DNA of 64,000 nucleotides from an uncultured Candidatus Saccharibacteria bacterium (lineage in GTDB: Bacteria; Patescibacteriota; Doudnabacteria; UBA920). Under the pieces are notes generated by a model, which saw only the letters and a list, made by a program, of their open reading frames with translations, was not told where the DNA came from and made no database searches. The stretch covers positions 81,008 to 145,007 of the forward strand of contig CAZQZS010000001.1 in the NCBI GenBank assembly GCA_964597895.1, read 5' to 3'. The translations under genes were made by a program, and so were the position numbers. Positions within the stretch are counted from its first letter, which is position 1, and the number at the start of each line of letters is the position of its first letter. Shown here in pieces: positions 45,893 to 54,337 of this stretch.

Positions 45893-47633
45893 ATTTGCTG
45901 GCCACTTGTTGTCGCCAGAGGGCGGCATAGAGACCGCCTTGTTTGAGGAGTTGCTCATGGGTACCACTTTCGGCAATGGAACCCTTTTCGAGTACGTAAA
46001 TAGTGTCAGCGTGAATAATGGTGGAGAGTCGGTGCGCTACCAGTATGCGGATTAAATCAGGGTGCTGTTTTTCGATGTCTTTGATTGTGCTGGTAATGGA
46101 TTCTTCGGTAATGGAGTCTAGACTCGAAGTCGCCTCATCGAAAATAAGGATGTCAGGGCGGCGGAGGAGTGCGCGGGCGATTGCTAAGCGTTGTTTTTCA
46201 CCACCGGAAAGTTTCAGGCCACCCTCGCCAATTTTTGTATCTAAGCCTTTTTCACCGCGCTCGATTAAGCTTTCCGCGCTGGCAGCTCGCAAAGCATCAA
46301 TAGCTTCACCATCAGTCGCATCGGGGCGGACAAACAACAGGTTTTCGCGAATAGTGCCAGCAAATAATTGCGTATCTTGAGCCACCAAACCAATGCGATT
46401 ACGCAAAGCCACTAAATCAATTTCCGTGCTTGGGATGCCGTTGAATTTTACTTGGCCGCCAGTGGGGTGATACAGACCCACAATCATTTTCACTGTGGTG
46501 CTCTTGCCGCTACCAGAAGGACCCACAAATGCTACGGTTTGTCCGGAGTTAATTTTTAAATCAATCGCATTTAATGCGTGATCATTTCCTGACTGGTAAC
46601 CAAAAGAAACTTTTTCAAAGCTGATATCCTTGATATTTTCCACTGGGCGCGGATTCTTGGGGTGATCTTCTTTTTCCTGGTCGAGAATTTCTTCAAGTTT
46701 TTCTAGGCTCGCTTTAGCTTCTTGATAAGTGGTTGCTACATTGCCGAGTTCTGAAAGCGGGCCAAACACAAAGAATGAGTAGAATAATAAGCTGAAAAAT
46801 TCACCCAACGTAATCGCTTGATTAAAAATTAACCAGAGCATTAAGAAAATTAATCCGGAGCGGAAAGCATTGATGATTGTTCCTTGAATAAAACTGTAAG
46901 TGCGGACAATGCGAACTTTTTTAAGTTCTAATTCAAGGATTTTGTCGTTGGTAGAATTAAGGCGGTCAATTTCTTGGCCTTCCAGGCCGAGCGACTTCAC
47001 TAATTCAACGTTGCGCAAAGTTTCTGTGGTACTGCCAGCTAAAGCTTGAGTTTCGGCTACTATTTCGGTCTGAGCCTGTTTGATTTTACGGGTTAGGCGG
47101 AAAGTAATTATGCCAAGCACTGGAATCATTACCACTAAAGCTAAACCGATCTGCCAGTGCACAATGAAAGAATAGATGAGTACGAATACAACTCCAACTA
47201 AAGTTAAGAAAACAATATTGATAAATTGTTGGATTAAGCGTTGACTATCTTTGCGGGCGTCTTGAAGTTTGGATAAAAATTCACCGCTGCGTTGATCTTC
47301 AAATACAGCGTAGGGGAGTGAGAAGGAGTGAGTGACAGCGTCGTTATATAATTTGGCGCCAAGTCGTTGGGTAATAACATTCGTGTAGTAATCCTGGAAA
47401 GTTTTGGCAACCCGGGACACGAATGCTACTGCCATGATTCCAAGTAGTAATAACAACACGCCTTGCACATAATCACGCGCGCTAAGTTCTGCAAAGCGAT
47501 TGGCATAGTTATCTACAATAACTCGAAAAATTTGCGGGTCTAGCAAAGAAAAAACCTGATTGATGGCTGCTAAAACCAATGCGGCAGCAATCAGGCCTTT
47601 GTAGGTTTTTAAGTAGTTCCAAAGTAATCTCAT
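45891..47633 (-). CDS. ABC exporter, fused permease/ATPase (MsbA-like)
   Basis: Six-TM domain plus Walker A GPSGSGKST, LSGGEKQR signature, Walker B. Confidence 0.9.
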   Translation of the reverse strand: MRLLWNYLKTYKGLIAAALVLAAINQVFSLLDPQIFRVIVDNYANRFAELSARDYVQGVLLLLLGIMAVAFVSRVAKTFQDYYTNVITQRLGAKLYNDAVTHSFSLPYAVFEDQRSGEFLSKLQDARKDSQRLIQQFINIVFLTLVGVVFVLIYSFIVHWQIGLALVVMIPVLGIITFRLTRKIKQAQTEIVAETQALAGSTTETLRNVELVKSLGLEGQEIDRLNSTNDKILELELKKVRIVRTYSFIQGTIINAFRSGLIFLMLWLIFNQAITLGEFFSLLFYSFFVFGPLSELGNVATTYQEAKASLEKLEEILDQEKEDHPKNPRPVENIKDISFEKVSFGYQSGNDHALNAIDLKINSGQTVAFVGPSGSGKSTTVKMIVGLYHPTGGQVKFNGIPSTEIDLVALRNRIGLVAQDTQLFAGTIRENLLFVRPDATDGEAIDALRAASAESLIERGEKGLDTKIGEGGLKLSGGEKQRLAIARALLRRPDILIFDEATSSLDSITEESITSTIKDIEKQHPDLIRILVAHRLSTIIHADTIYVLEKGSIAESGTHEQLLKQGGLYAALWRQQVASK

Positions 47634-47690
47634 AGGTTTGAATTATACTACAAATATTGCTAATATGCCTAAAATCACAGGAGGTGAAAT

Positions 47691-47954
47691 ATGATAGGTA
47701 AGTTGCTGTGTTGGCTAGGTCGTCATAAGCCCCACCAGGAACCATTTCATCGGGAATTGCTAAAAGACGAAGGAAGCTTTATTCTTTGGAGTTTCGCGGT
47801 TCAAAAAGGCATCACCAAATGCGCCCGAGAAGGCTGCCAAGTTGAAATTAAAGTTTATCGTAGTGGAATCTGCGGGTCAGGTGGAGACGCGTCGCCGTGG
47901 CGAGAGCTTTCGGAGGAACTAGAAGCACACATCGATCGGTTGCCCGTATTATAA
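47691..47954 (+). CDS. small hypothetical Cys-containing protein
   Basis: 87 aa; strong RBS aggaggtg; own terminator. Confidence 0.4.
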   Translation: MIGKLLCWLGRHKPHQEPFHRELLKDEGSFILWSFAVQKGITKCAREGCQVEIKVYRSGICGSGGDASPWRELSEELEAHIDRLPVL

Positions 47955-47959
47955 TTTTA

Positions 47960-47984
47960 AAAGAGGCGCAAGCCTCTTTTTTAT
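47960..47984. terminator. bidirectional terminator
   Basis: aaagaggc-gcaa-gcctcttttttatt. Confidence 0.5.
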
Positions 47985-48748
47985 TTGCTGACGATGATGA
48001 TGTCTTTGTCCAAAGTGTTAACTTCTTTGGTGGAATGTGAATAATTACCGGCAGCCGCTTCAACAGTGTCAAAAGTATATTCATAATTTTCGCCGCGACG
48101 CGTACCAGGGTCATTGGTGATAAAATAATCAACGCCGTTTTCGGTGTAATAGCCAGTGATTACGAACATATGGTAGGGCGGACCTGGGGGAGTGAAGTTA
48201 GGATTACCTAGTAGTTGTCCTTGCGCCGGTACAATCACTAACTTTCCTTCAGCTAAGGCTTGCTTGATTGTGTCAGCATTAAAAGATTTGATTTCAGTTT
48301 CCAAGCCATAAACTTGCTGGGCCATGCGCGCAGTTTCTGGTGTTGTGATGCTAAGGTAGTAACCGTAATTATCCTGTTGCCACTTTGTGAGCTTGGTTAT
48401 TTCTGCTTCTACGGTAGTAGGGGGTAGGGAAGTGATGTCGTTAAAATAAGCCCAGGCCATAATGACGCTAGCTTCCTCGCAAGCTTCGTTATGAAGTTCG
48501 TCCCAGTTGCCAGTAGGTGCCTGCGAGGTAAATGGAACTGTTAGTTTCAACTCCTCTGGTAGAGACGTTGTTTCAGTTGGCGTTTGTTGGTTTGCGGGAG
48601 TTTCTTGCTCAGTAGATATGGGTTGCTCGGATAACTCAGCAGTAGGCGAATTATCTTTTAAAATAAAAACTATCCCAGCTATCAGTGCCAGTGTAAAGAT
48701 AGCCAGCCAGATCGTTTTGGCTGTTTGATTTATTTGATGCATTAACAT
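47981..48748 (-). CDS. secreted peptidase-C39-like domain protein (YvpB/BtrH-like)
   Basis: Signal/TM N-terminus; HNEACEEASVIMAWAYF resembles the C39_2 catalytic Cys region; tentative. Confidence 0.4.
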   Translation of the reverse strand: MLMHQINQTAKTIWLAIFTLALIAGIVFILKDNSPTAELSEQPISTEQETPANQQTPTETTSLPEELKLTVPFTSQAPTGNWDELHNEACEEASVIMAWAYFNDITSLPPTTVEAEITKLTKWQQDNYGYYLSITTPETARMAQQVYGLETEIKSFNADTIKQALAEGKLVIVPAQGQLLGNPNFTPPGPPYHMFVITGYYTENGVDYFITNDPGTRRGENYEYTFDTVEAAAGNYSHSTKEVNTLDKDIIIVSK

Positions 48749-48750
48749 GC

Positions 48751-49434
48751 TTATAGAATATCGCTTTTCTGGACTTCAATATACTCTCCGGGAGCGATAT
48801 TGGGCAGTTTGAGCTTATTGATGCGGACTCTTTTTAGATTATGCACGCCTAAGCCGACAGCATTAAACATGCGTCTTACTTGTCGTTTTTTGCCTTCGTG
48901 CACAGTAATGTAAATTTTGCCGCTGCGCTGTTTTATAGCAGCGGGGGAGGTGAGACCTGTTGGCAGTTCAATACCATCACGCAGCTTTTCTAGCTGAGCT
49001 GGCTTAGGTTCGCCATCTGTAATGACTTCATATTCTTTATCATGCTCGTATTTAGGGTGGGAGAGCTCTTGCGTTAAATCGCCGTCGTTCGTCAGTAATA
49101 ACAAGCCTTCAGTATCGTAGTCTAATCGGCCGACATTATGCACCTTAGTTCGTAAGTCTTCTGGCAGTAGGGAAAATACAGTCTTGCGTCCCCGTGGATC
49201 GCGTTTGCTAACCACAACGCCTTTAGGTTTATTGAGGGCGATATAAATTTTTCGTTCAGAATGCTTTACGATTTTACCGTAAACTTTTACCTCATCTTTT
49301 TCTGGATCAACTTTGTCGCCAAGCTTGGCTTTGCGTCCATTAATTGAAACTTGGCCAGACTTAATAAACTCCTCGGCTTTTCGCCGAGAAGCTATCCCCT
49401 GCTCACTTAAAAATTTTTGAACGCGTTCTTGCAT
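48751..49434 (-). CDS. pseudouridine synthase, RsuA/RluB family
   Basis: N-terminal S4 domain plus VGRLDYDTEGLLLLTNDG catalytic motif. Confidence 0.8.
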   Translation of the reverse strand: MQERVQKFLSEQGIASRRKAEEFIKSGQVSINGRKAKLGDKVDPEKDEVKVYGKIVKHSERKIYIALNKPKGVVVSKRDPRGRKTVFSLLPEDLRTKVHNVGRLDYDTEGLLLLTNDGDLTQELSHPKYEHDKEYEVITDGEPKPAQLEKLRDGIELPTGLTSPAAIKQRSGKIYITVHEGKKRQVRRMFNAVGLGVHNLKRVRINKLKLPNIAPGEYIEVQKSDIL

Positions 49435-49437
49435 AAA

Positions 49438-49761
49438 TTATGAGCCTGTGACCACAAAGATAATCATAAAGGCGATGATTACGAATAAGAGAATCCAGCC
49501 TAAGGTATAACCTAAAAAGAAAAATGCATCTCGCTTTAAATTATTTAAAAATAGATAGACAGGGCGACCGAACACGAGGATGGCCATAACCGCAACCGAG
49601 AGTACTAATAACAGCAGCATGGCAATCGGGGCCATAAAGGTATCAGGGGTGTTGGCGAAGTACTTTTCTAGATTGGTCATCAGGGTGACGACTAGGCTGA
49701 TGTAGACAACTACGCCGGCGGCGTGCCCAAAGCTATGTAAAAGCATTTTTGATTTGTTCAT
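49438..49761 (-). CDS. small hypothetical membrane protein
   Basis: 107 aa with three predicted TM helices. Confidence 0.35.
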   Translation of the reverse strand: MNKSKMLLHSFGHAAGVVVYISLVVTLMTNLEKYFANTPDTFMAPIAMLLLLVLSVAVMAILVFGRPVYLFLNNLKRDAFFFLGYTLGWILLFVIIAFMIIFVVTGS

Positions 49762-49987
49762 AAAACTCCTTTGTTACATAATTTTGTAACGATTGGGTAA
49801 TGGTAATTGTAACAATCATATGGTAGCTCCGGCTGGGATTGCACCAGCGACCGCGTCGTATCGGGCTTCGCCCGTGCGACGCCAACTTTCGTTGGGTCGC
49901 AACTCAGCTTCGCCGATACTCCTTTAACTTTCTTACTTAACCTCGCTTTACTCGGCCCAAGTAAGAAAGTTGTCCATGAACTCTTGC

Positions 49988-50064
49988 TGGTGGCCTCGAC
50001 TGGGATCGAACCAGTGACCTTGGGCTTAGAAGTCCCCTGCTCTATCCAACTGAGCTACGAGGCC
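49988..50064 (-). tRNA. tRNA-Arg (anticodon UCU), non-canonical anticodon stem
   Basis: Perfect acceptor and T-arm, D-arm identical to E. coli argU, loop CTTCTAA; anticodon stem has G27.A43 and A31.G39 mismatches. Confidence 0.6.
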
Positions 50065-50090
50065 ATCAGCAAGAGTTCATTAATTACTCG

Positions 50091-50125
50091 AAGCCCCTGC
50101 TCTATCCAACTGAGCTTCGGAGCCG
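50091..50125 (-). pseudogene. tRNA-Arg 5'-half fragment (acceptor, D-arm, start of anticodon stem)
   Basis: GGCTCCGAAGCTCAGTTGGATAGAGCAGGGGCTTC is about 90% identical to tRNA-Arg(UCU) nucleotides 1-35. Confidence 0.5.
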
Positions 50126-50167
50126 TGATGCTTATATTATAACAAAAACCGCTGTTTGCGGTTTTCG

Positions 50168-50244
50168 TGGTGCACCCGACAGGATTCGAACCTATGACCT
50201 CTCGCTCCGCAAGCGAACGCTCTATCCAGCTGAGCTACGGGTGC
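50168..50244 (-). tRNA. tRNA-Arg (anticodon GCG as read)
   Basis: Manual cloverleaf: acceptor GCACCCG/CGGGTGC, anticodon stem TTCGC/GCGAG, loop TTGCGGA, T-arm ATAGG-TTCGAAT-CCTGT, CCA encoded. Confidence 0.7.
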
Positions 50245-50405
50245 ACGTCGTAGTTTTCTTCGGGTTTACGAAATCGGCTAAAGCCAATTTCTACCGCCCT
50301 CCGTAAACTACTCCTGTCACATTCACGATTAACTTCGCTCTGCTCGGCCCAAGTGTGAATGTGGTCTAGAGTAACAACTAAAGAATTATAATGAAAAATA
50401 GAGAA

Positions 50406-51362
50406 TTAATCAAGCTCGGCTTGGACGACTTTTTCAGCTTCGGCAGCGGTTTTGCATTCGTATAATTTTGCGCGCAGTTCGGCAGCGCCGTCAAAGCCAT
50501 GTACGTACGCTTTAAAATGGCGCTTCATAACATCAAAGTGTTTGATGTTATTAAATAATTCGTGATAAAGCCTGACATGCTCAAGTAGAACTGTTAATTT
50601 TTCCTCACGGTTTGGTTGGTGTTCAGAAAATAGCCACGGATTTCCAAAAATTGCCCGACCCATCATCACTCCATCACAGCCTGTTTCTGCAACTTTCTGC
50701 TTGGCTTCTTCCACTGAACGGACATCTCCATTGCCGATAATGACCGGCCGGGTTTCTGGCGTTGTCTGTGCGTGGATAAATTTCACAATTTCTAGCATAA
50801 GCTCCCAGTGCGCTGGTACTTTGGACATTTCTTTGCGTGTGCGCAGGTGAATTGCAATTGCGGCTGGCTGTGCTTCTAATAATTTACCGATCCAGTTTTG
50901 CCAATCTACTTTAGTATCGCCAATTCTAATTTTGCAGGATACTGGTAAATCCCCAGCGCCTTCTTTAGCAGCTAGAATAATTTCTTTGGCGAGTTCGGGT
51001 GTGTGAAATAAACCGGCACACGAACCTGTTTTAATAATTGCTTTGTCGGGACAACCCATGTTGATATCAATACCGTCAAATCCAAGCTCACGAGCCAGCT
51101 TGGCTGTATCTTTAAACTTGTCTGGTTTGGTGCCAAAGATTTGCGCCACTACAGGATGCTCGCCGTCACTCAGCCAGAGGTGATGGATAAGCTTTTCCCG
51201 TCCGGCACTCATCAAGCCATCAGTTGACACAAACTCAGTATAAAAGACATCTGGCTTGCCATATTTGGCGATGATGCGGCGAAATGCTTCGTCGGTCACA
51301 TCATACAGCGGCGCCAGAGCCATAATCGGTTTAGGTAAAGTTTTCCAAAAATTCTTAGACAT
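50406..51362 (-). CDS. dus: tRNA-dihydrouridine synthase
   Basis: 318 aa TIM-barrel flavoenzyme with Dus-like N-terminus (LAPLYDVTDEAFRRI). Confidence 0.8.
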   Translation of the reverse strand: MSKNFWKTLPKPIMALAPLYDVTDEAFRRIIAKYGKPDVFYTEFVSTDGLMSAGREKLIHHLWLSDGEHPVVAQIFGTKPDKFKDTAKLARELGFDGIDINMGCPDKAIIKTGSCAGLFHTPELAKEIILAAKEGAGDLPVSCKIRIGDTKVDWQNWIGKLLEAQPAAIAIHLRTRKEMSKVPAHWELMLEIVKFIHAQTTPETRPVIIGNGDVRSVEEAKQKVAETGCDGVMMGRAIFGNPWLFSEHQPNREEKLTVLLEHVRLYHELFNNIKHFDVMKRHFKAYVHGFDGAAELRAKLYECKTAAEAEKVVQAELD

Positions 51363-51429
51363 GCCGTATATTTTACACAGAAATTGAAAATAAAGAAAGG
51401 CACCACGAATGTGGTGCCTAAATACCTGC

Positions 51430-52233
51430 TTAATTGTAGCGGATGAAGAATTTTCCTATTACAGAATTACGCTCATGCACTTGGCCAGAAAAGAATCTGG
51501 AATAGTCCAGTCCTCCCCCTAAGCATAGTCTGTTGAATCGGTATCCGATCATCAAGTCTAAATTGCCGATAGTTCGCTTGCCTGGCTGAATTGCGCCGTT
51601 ATCCCAAATTATTTGAGCTGTTGGCTGAAGCCAAATCCGACCGAGGCTGATGCGGTTTTCAATGCCGCCAGAAACTGTATATCCTCTGTTGATTCGGAAC
51701 CCTGCTTCTGTAGGAGTAAAGTACTCCACTTTGGAAAACAGTTCTGTGCGTTCAATTCGCGGCCGGGATTCCGATAGATCAATTCCTGCTTCGTGGAGCT
51801 TGGCGTTAACCCCAGCATACACCGAAGAAAAGCGCCTTGTTCTGGTGTAATGGTATGAACCACCTACTTTGAGATCAAAAGCTTGGCTTAGTCGCTGGTT
51901 GCGTTCCACCGCAAAACCTAGGTAATGATTGTTTAAAGTTTGCTTGCTGGCAAAGCCAAACAGTGACTTGAGTTCGGTTCGGCCGTAGCGGTCCGCTTTG
52001 CTGAACTGGGCGCTGGTTAAGCTCACCGGCGCATCAATCAGCGACAGTTTGTTATCCGTTTCGAGTTTGCTCTGGAAAGTGGCAGTAAAAGAAAGCTTCC
52101 ACTGGGGTTGATTTTGCTCTGAAGGCGGCCAGTCTGTCGGCGTTTCAAAGGTGATGTCTTGGCAGCGGGCTGCAGCGTACAAAACCACAAGCAAAATGAC
52201 AAGCACGAAAAATCTGCCTATGTTGGTAATCAT
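51430..52233 (-). CDS. hypothetical secreted protein (possible beta-barrel)
   Basis: Signal peptide, alternating amphipathic strands, C-terminal aromatic residue. Confidence 0.35.
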   Translation of the reverse strand: MITNIGRFFVLVILLVVLYAAARCQDITFETPTDWPPSEQNQPQWKLSFTATFQSKLETDNKLSLIDAPVSLTSAQFSKADRYGRTELKSLFGFASKQTLNNHYLGFAVERNQRLSQAFDLKVGGSYHYTRTRRFSSVYAGVNAKLHEAGIDLSESRPRIERTELFSKVEYFTPTEAGFRINRGYTVSGGIENRISLGRIWLQPTAQIIWDNGAIQPGKRTIGNLDLMIGYRFNRLCLGGGLDYSRFFSGQVHERNSVIGKFFIRYN

Positions 52234-52346
52234 CCGGTAGTTCCTCCTGTTCAGTTGTCGGGTCAGATTACAATTATATCTGACGGAAACCCGAGGTCAA
52301 GTCACCTAGGTGCAACCTTTCAAGCTAGTAATGACCGGATTTAAGG

Positions 52347-53312
52347 TTATTTTTTATTGTGAAATTTTTTATGCACGTCTCGCAATTGCTGGTTTGTAAC
52401 GTGAGTGTAGATTTGAGTTGTTGTGATTGAAGCATGCCCTAAAAGAGTCTGTACGCTGCGAATATCTGCCCCATTTTGCAATAAATCAGTCGCGAACGAA
52501 TGGCGAAAGGTGTGCGGCGTAACTTTATGCATGATTCCCGCCAGCATGGCATATTTTTGAACTAACCTCTGCACACTGCGTGCGGTTAGTCCTGGCACTT
52601 TATTATGACCGCCAACGCTTTCCATTTGCCGCTCTACGGTATTGCCAATTTTTGAATGGCTCACAAACAAAGCTGGGTTGTTATCATGCCTTTTCTTTAA
52701 GTAAGACTGAATCGCTCTAATTGCTTCTTCGGACATAAAGGCCAGGCGCAGCTTGTCGCCTTTGCCGCGTACAGTGAATTCGCCGCTTTTAAAGTTTAGT
52801 TGAGTAATTTTTAATTGAACTAGCTCGGAAATACGGATTCCGCTAGAAAACAGCAATTCTAATATGGCGGCATCGCGCAGGCGGTTCATTTCGATCTTTT
52901 CTTCTGCTGTGGCGTCTTTAATGCGCTGGACTTCTTCGTTTGTCATTACGGACACCTCGCGGCTGGGATTCTTGGCTAATTCTATTTTTTCTGCAGAAAG
53001 GGTATTTACGTCTCGTTTAGCCAGGTATTTTAAAAAGGCCCGAACAGCGATTACGTGGTAGTTTTGCGTAATGAGCTTTAAGCGGCGGCCTTTGTCGTCC
53101 TCAAACCGGTTTAGATATAGACGGAAGCTCCGCACGGTATCTAAATTGATATCTTCAGGTCTAAAAATGCCATTTTGTTTGCAAAAATCAGAAAAGCGGG
53201 CGAGATAGTGCCTATAATTGCGGATTGTTAAATCGCTCTTATTTCTTTCTATTTCACAGTAGTCTAGGAAGTCCTGGATGTACTTATCTATTTTTGTTCT
53301 GTTTTCGGCCAT
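52347..53312 (-). CDS. tyrosine site-specific recombinase (XerC/XerD-like)
   Basis: N-terminal SAM-like domain plus HTFRHSFATDLL ... LLGHASITTTQIYTHV catalytic region. Confidence 0.8.
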   Translation of the reverse strand: MAENRTKIDKYIQDFLDYCEIERNKSDLTIRNYRHYLARFSDFCKQNGIFRPEDINLDTVRSFRLYLNRFEDDKGRRLKLITQNYHVIAVRAFLKYLAKRDVNTLSAEKIELAKNPSREVSVMTNEEVQRIKDATAEEKIEMNRLRDAAILELLFSSGIRISELVQLKITQLNFKSGEFTVRGKGDKLRLAFMSEEAIRAIQSYLKKRHDNNPALFVSHSKIGNTVERQMESVGGHNKVPGLTARSVQRLVQKYAMLAGIMHKVTPHTFRHSFATDLLQNGADIRSVQTLLGHASITTTQIYTHVTNQQLRDVHKKFHNKK

Positions 53313-53489
53313 TTTATTTTAATTTCTAGATAGAATAGGCTACTTTGATTATATACCCGCGTCGTAAATTATTCAATTGTGCGACAAGGACCAAAACTTG
53401 CGATTTTTAGCGATAATTGTTATAATTGCTTTGTAATTAACCACGCGCTGGAAATATACTGCCAGCGTCGTGAAGAAGGATTAAAGTAT

Positions 53490-53765
53490 ATGTTAACTAA
53501 AAAGGAAAAAGACGCGATCATTAAAAAGTATCAGGTCCACAAAGATGATACTGGCTCCCCTGAGGTACAGATCGCTATTCTTACCAAAGAGATTGAGCAA
53601 GTCAGCGAACACCTTAAGGAACACCGCAAAGACAATCACTCTCGCCGCGGACTTCTGAAGATGGTTGGTAATCGCCGCAGACTGCTTCGCTACCTAAAAG
53701 GTGAAGACCAGACTCGCTACGAAAAGATTGCCGACAAACTCAAGTTAAAGCGCGATTCAAATTAA
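53490..53765 (+). CDS. rpsO: 30S ribosomal protein S15
   Basis: 91 aa, S15 signature; RBS aagga; ORF-track entry extended upstream. Confidence 0.85.
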   Translation: MLTKKEKDAIIKKYQVHKDDTGSPEVQIAILTKEIEQVSEHLKEHRKDNHSRRGLLKMVGNRRRLLRYLKGEDQTRYEKIADKLKLKRDSN

Positions 53766-53801
53766 AGATTCTAGCCTCATCTTTTTAGGTGGGGCTTTGT
53801 A

Positions 53802-54215
53802 ATGTTTATGGAAAATACCAACACTAATCCCGCATTAGATGCGGAAGAGTTTGAAAGAATTTGGATTTCTTGCAACGAAGGCATTATTAAAGACATCATG
53901 GCGGATTCGGATATAGAGCAAATTAAGCAAGAAGTTCGCAACAAGGGCCATGTAACTGACGAACATAAAGATCAGTTTATTCGTAAAGTCAACGAAATCA
54001 AGAACAAGCATATCAATAAACAGTTTGGGGATGTAGGCACCGAAGACTATACCAAATTTATAAGACAGTGGGAGAACTGGCAGAGATTGCGCGGCAAGGA
54101 TCGGCCAAAGCCCGAAAATATGTTTGAAGATAATATCAACCACTTGTTGTACGGCAGTACACCAGATCCAGATCTGTTTTTGCGCGACTTTAATATCTAC
54201 ACTGATATCAATTAA
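53802..54215 (+). CDS. hypothetical protein between rpsO and pnp
   Basis: 137 aa with RBS aggtgggg; no recognisable family. Confidence 0.35.
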   Translation: MFMENTNTNPALDAEEFERIWISCNEGIIKDIMADSDIEQIKQEVRNKGHVTDEHKDQFIRKVNEIKNKHINKQFGDVGTEDYTKFIRQWENWQRLRGKDRPKPENMFEDNINHLLYGSTPDPDLFLRDFNIYTDIN

Positions 54216-54337
54216 TTAACGCGCCGATCTATAATATAGACCGAGTAGAGTAGGAGGTTCCCAAGGTATTGCGCCGTAAGCGGCTCAGCACTTTGGAAAT
54301 CTTCCCGCTCGGATAAGGATTGGCGCCAAGGACATTT

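Noticed and set aside
49822-49850. tRNA-like T-arm/acceptor/ACCA end as the 3' end of a tmRNA or split tmRNA
   Set aside because: There is no complementary 5' acceptor strand and no tag reading frame nearby. It is better explained as a degenerate duplicate of the tRNA-Arg(UCU) 3' end.
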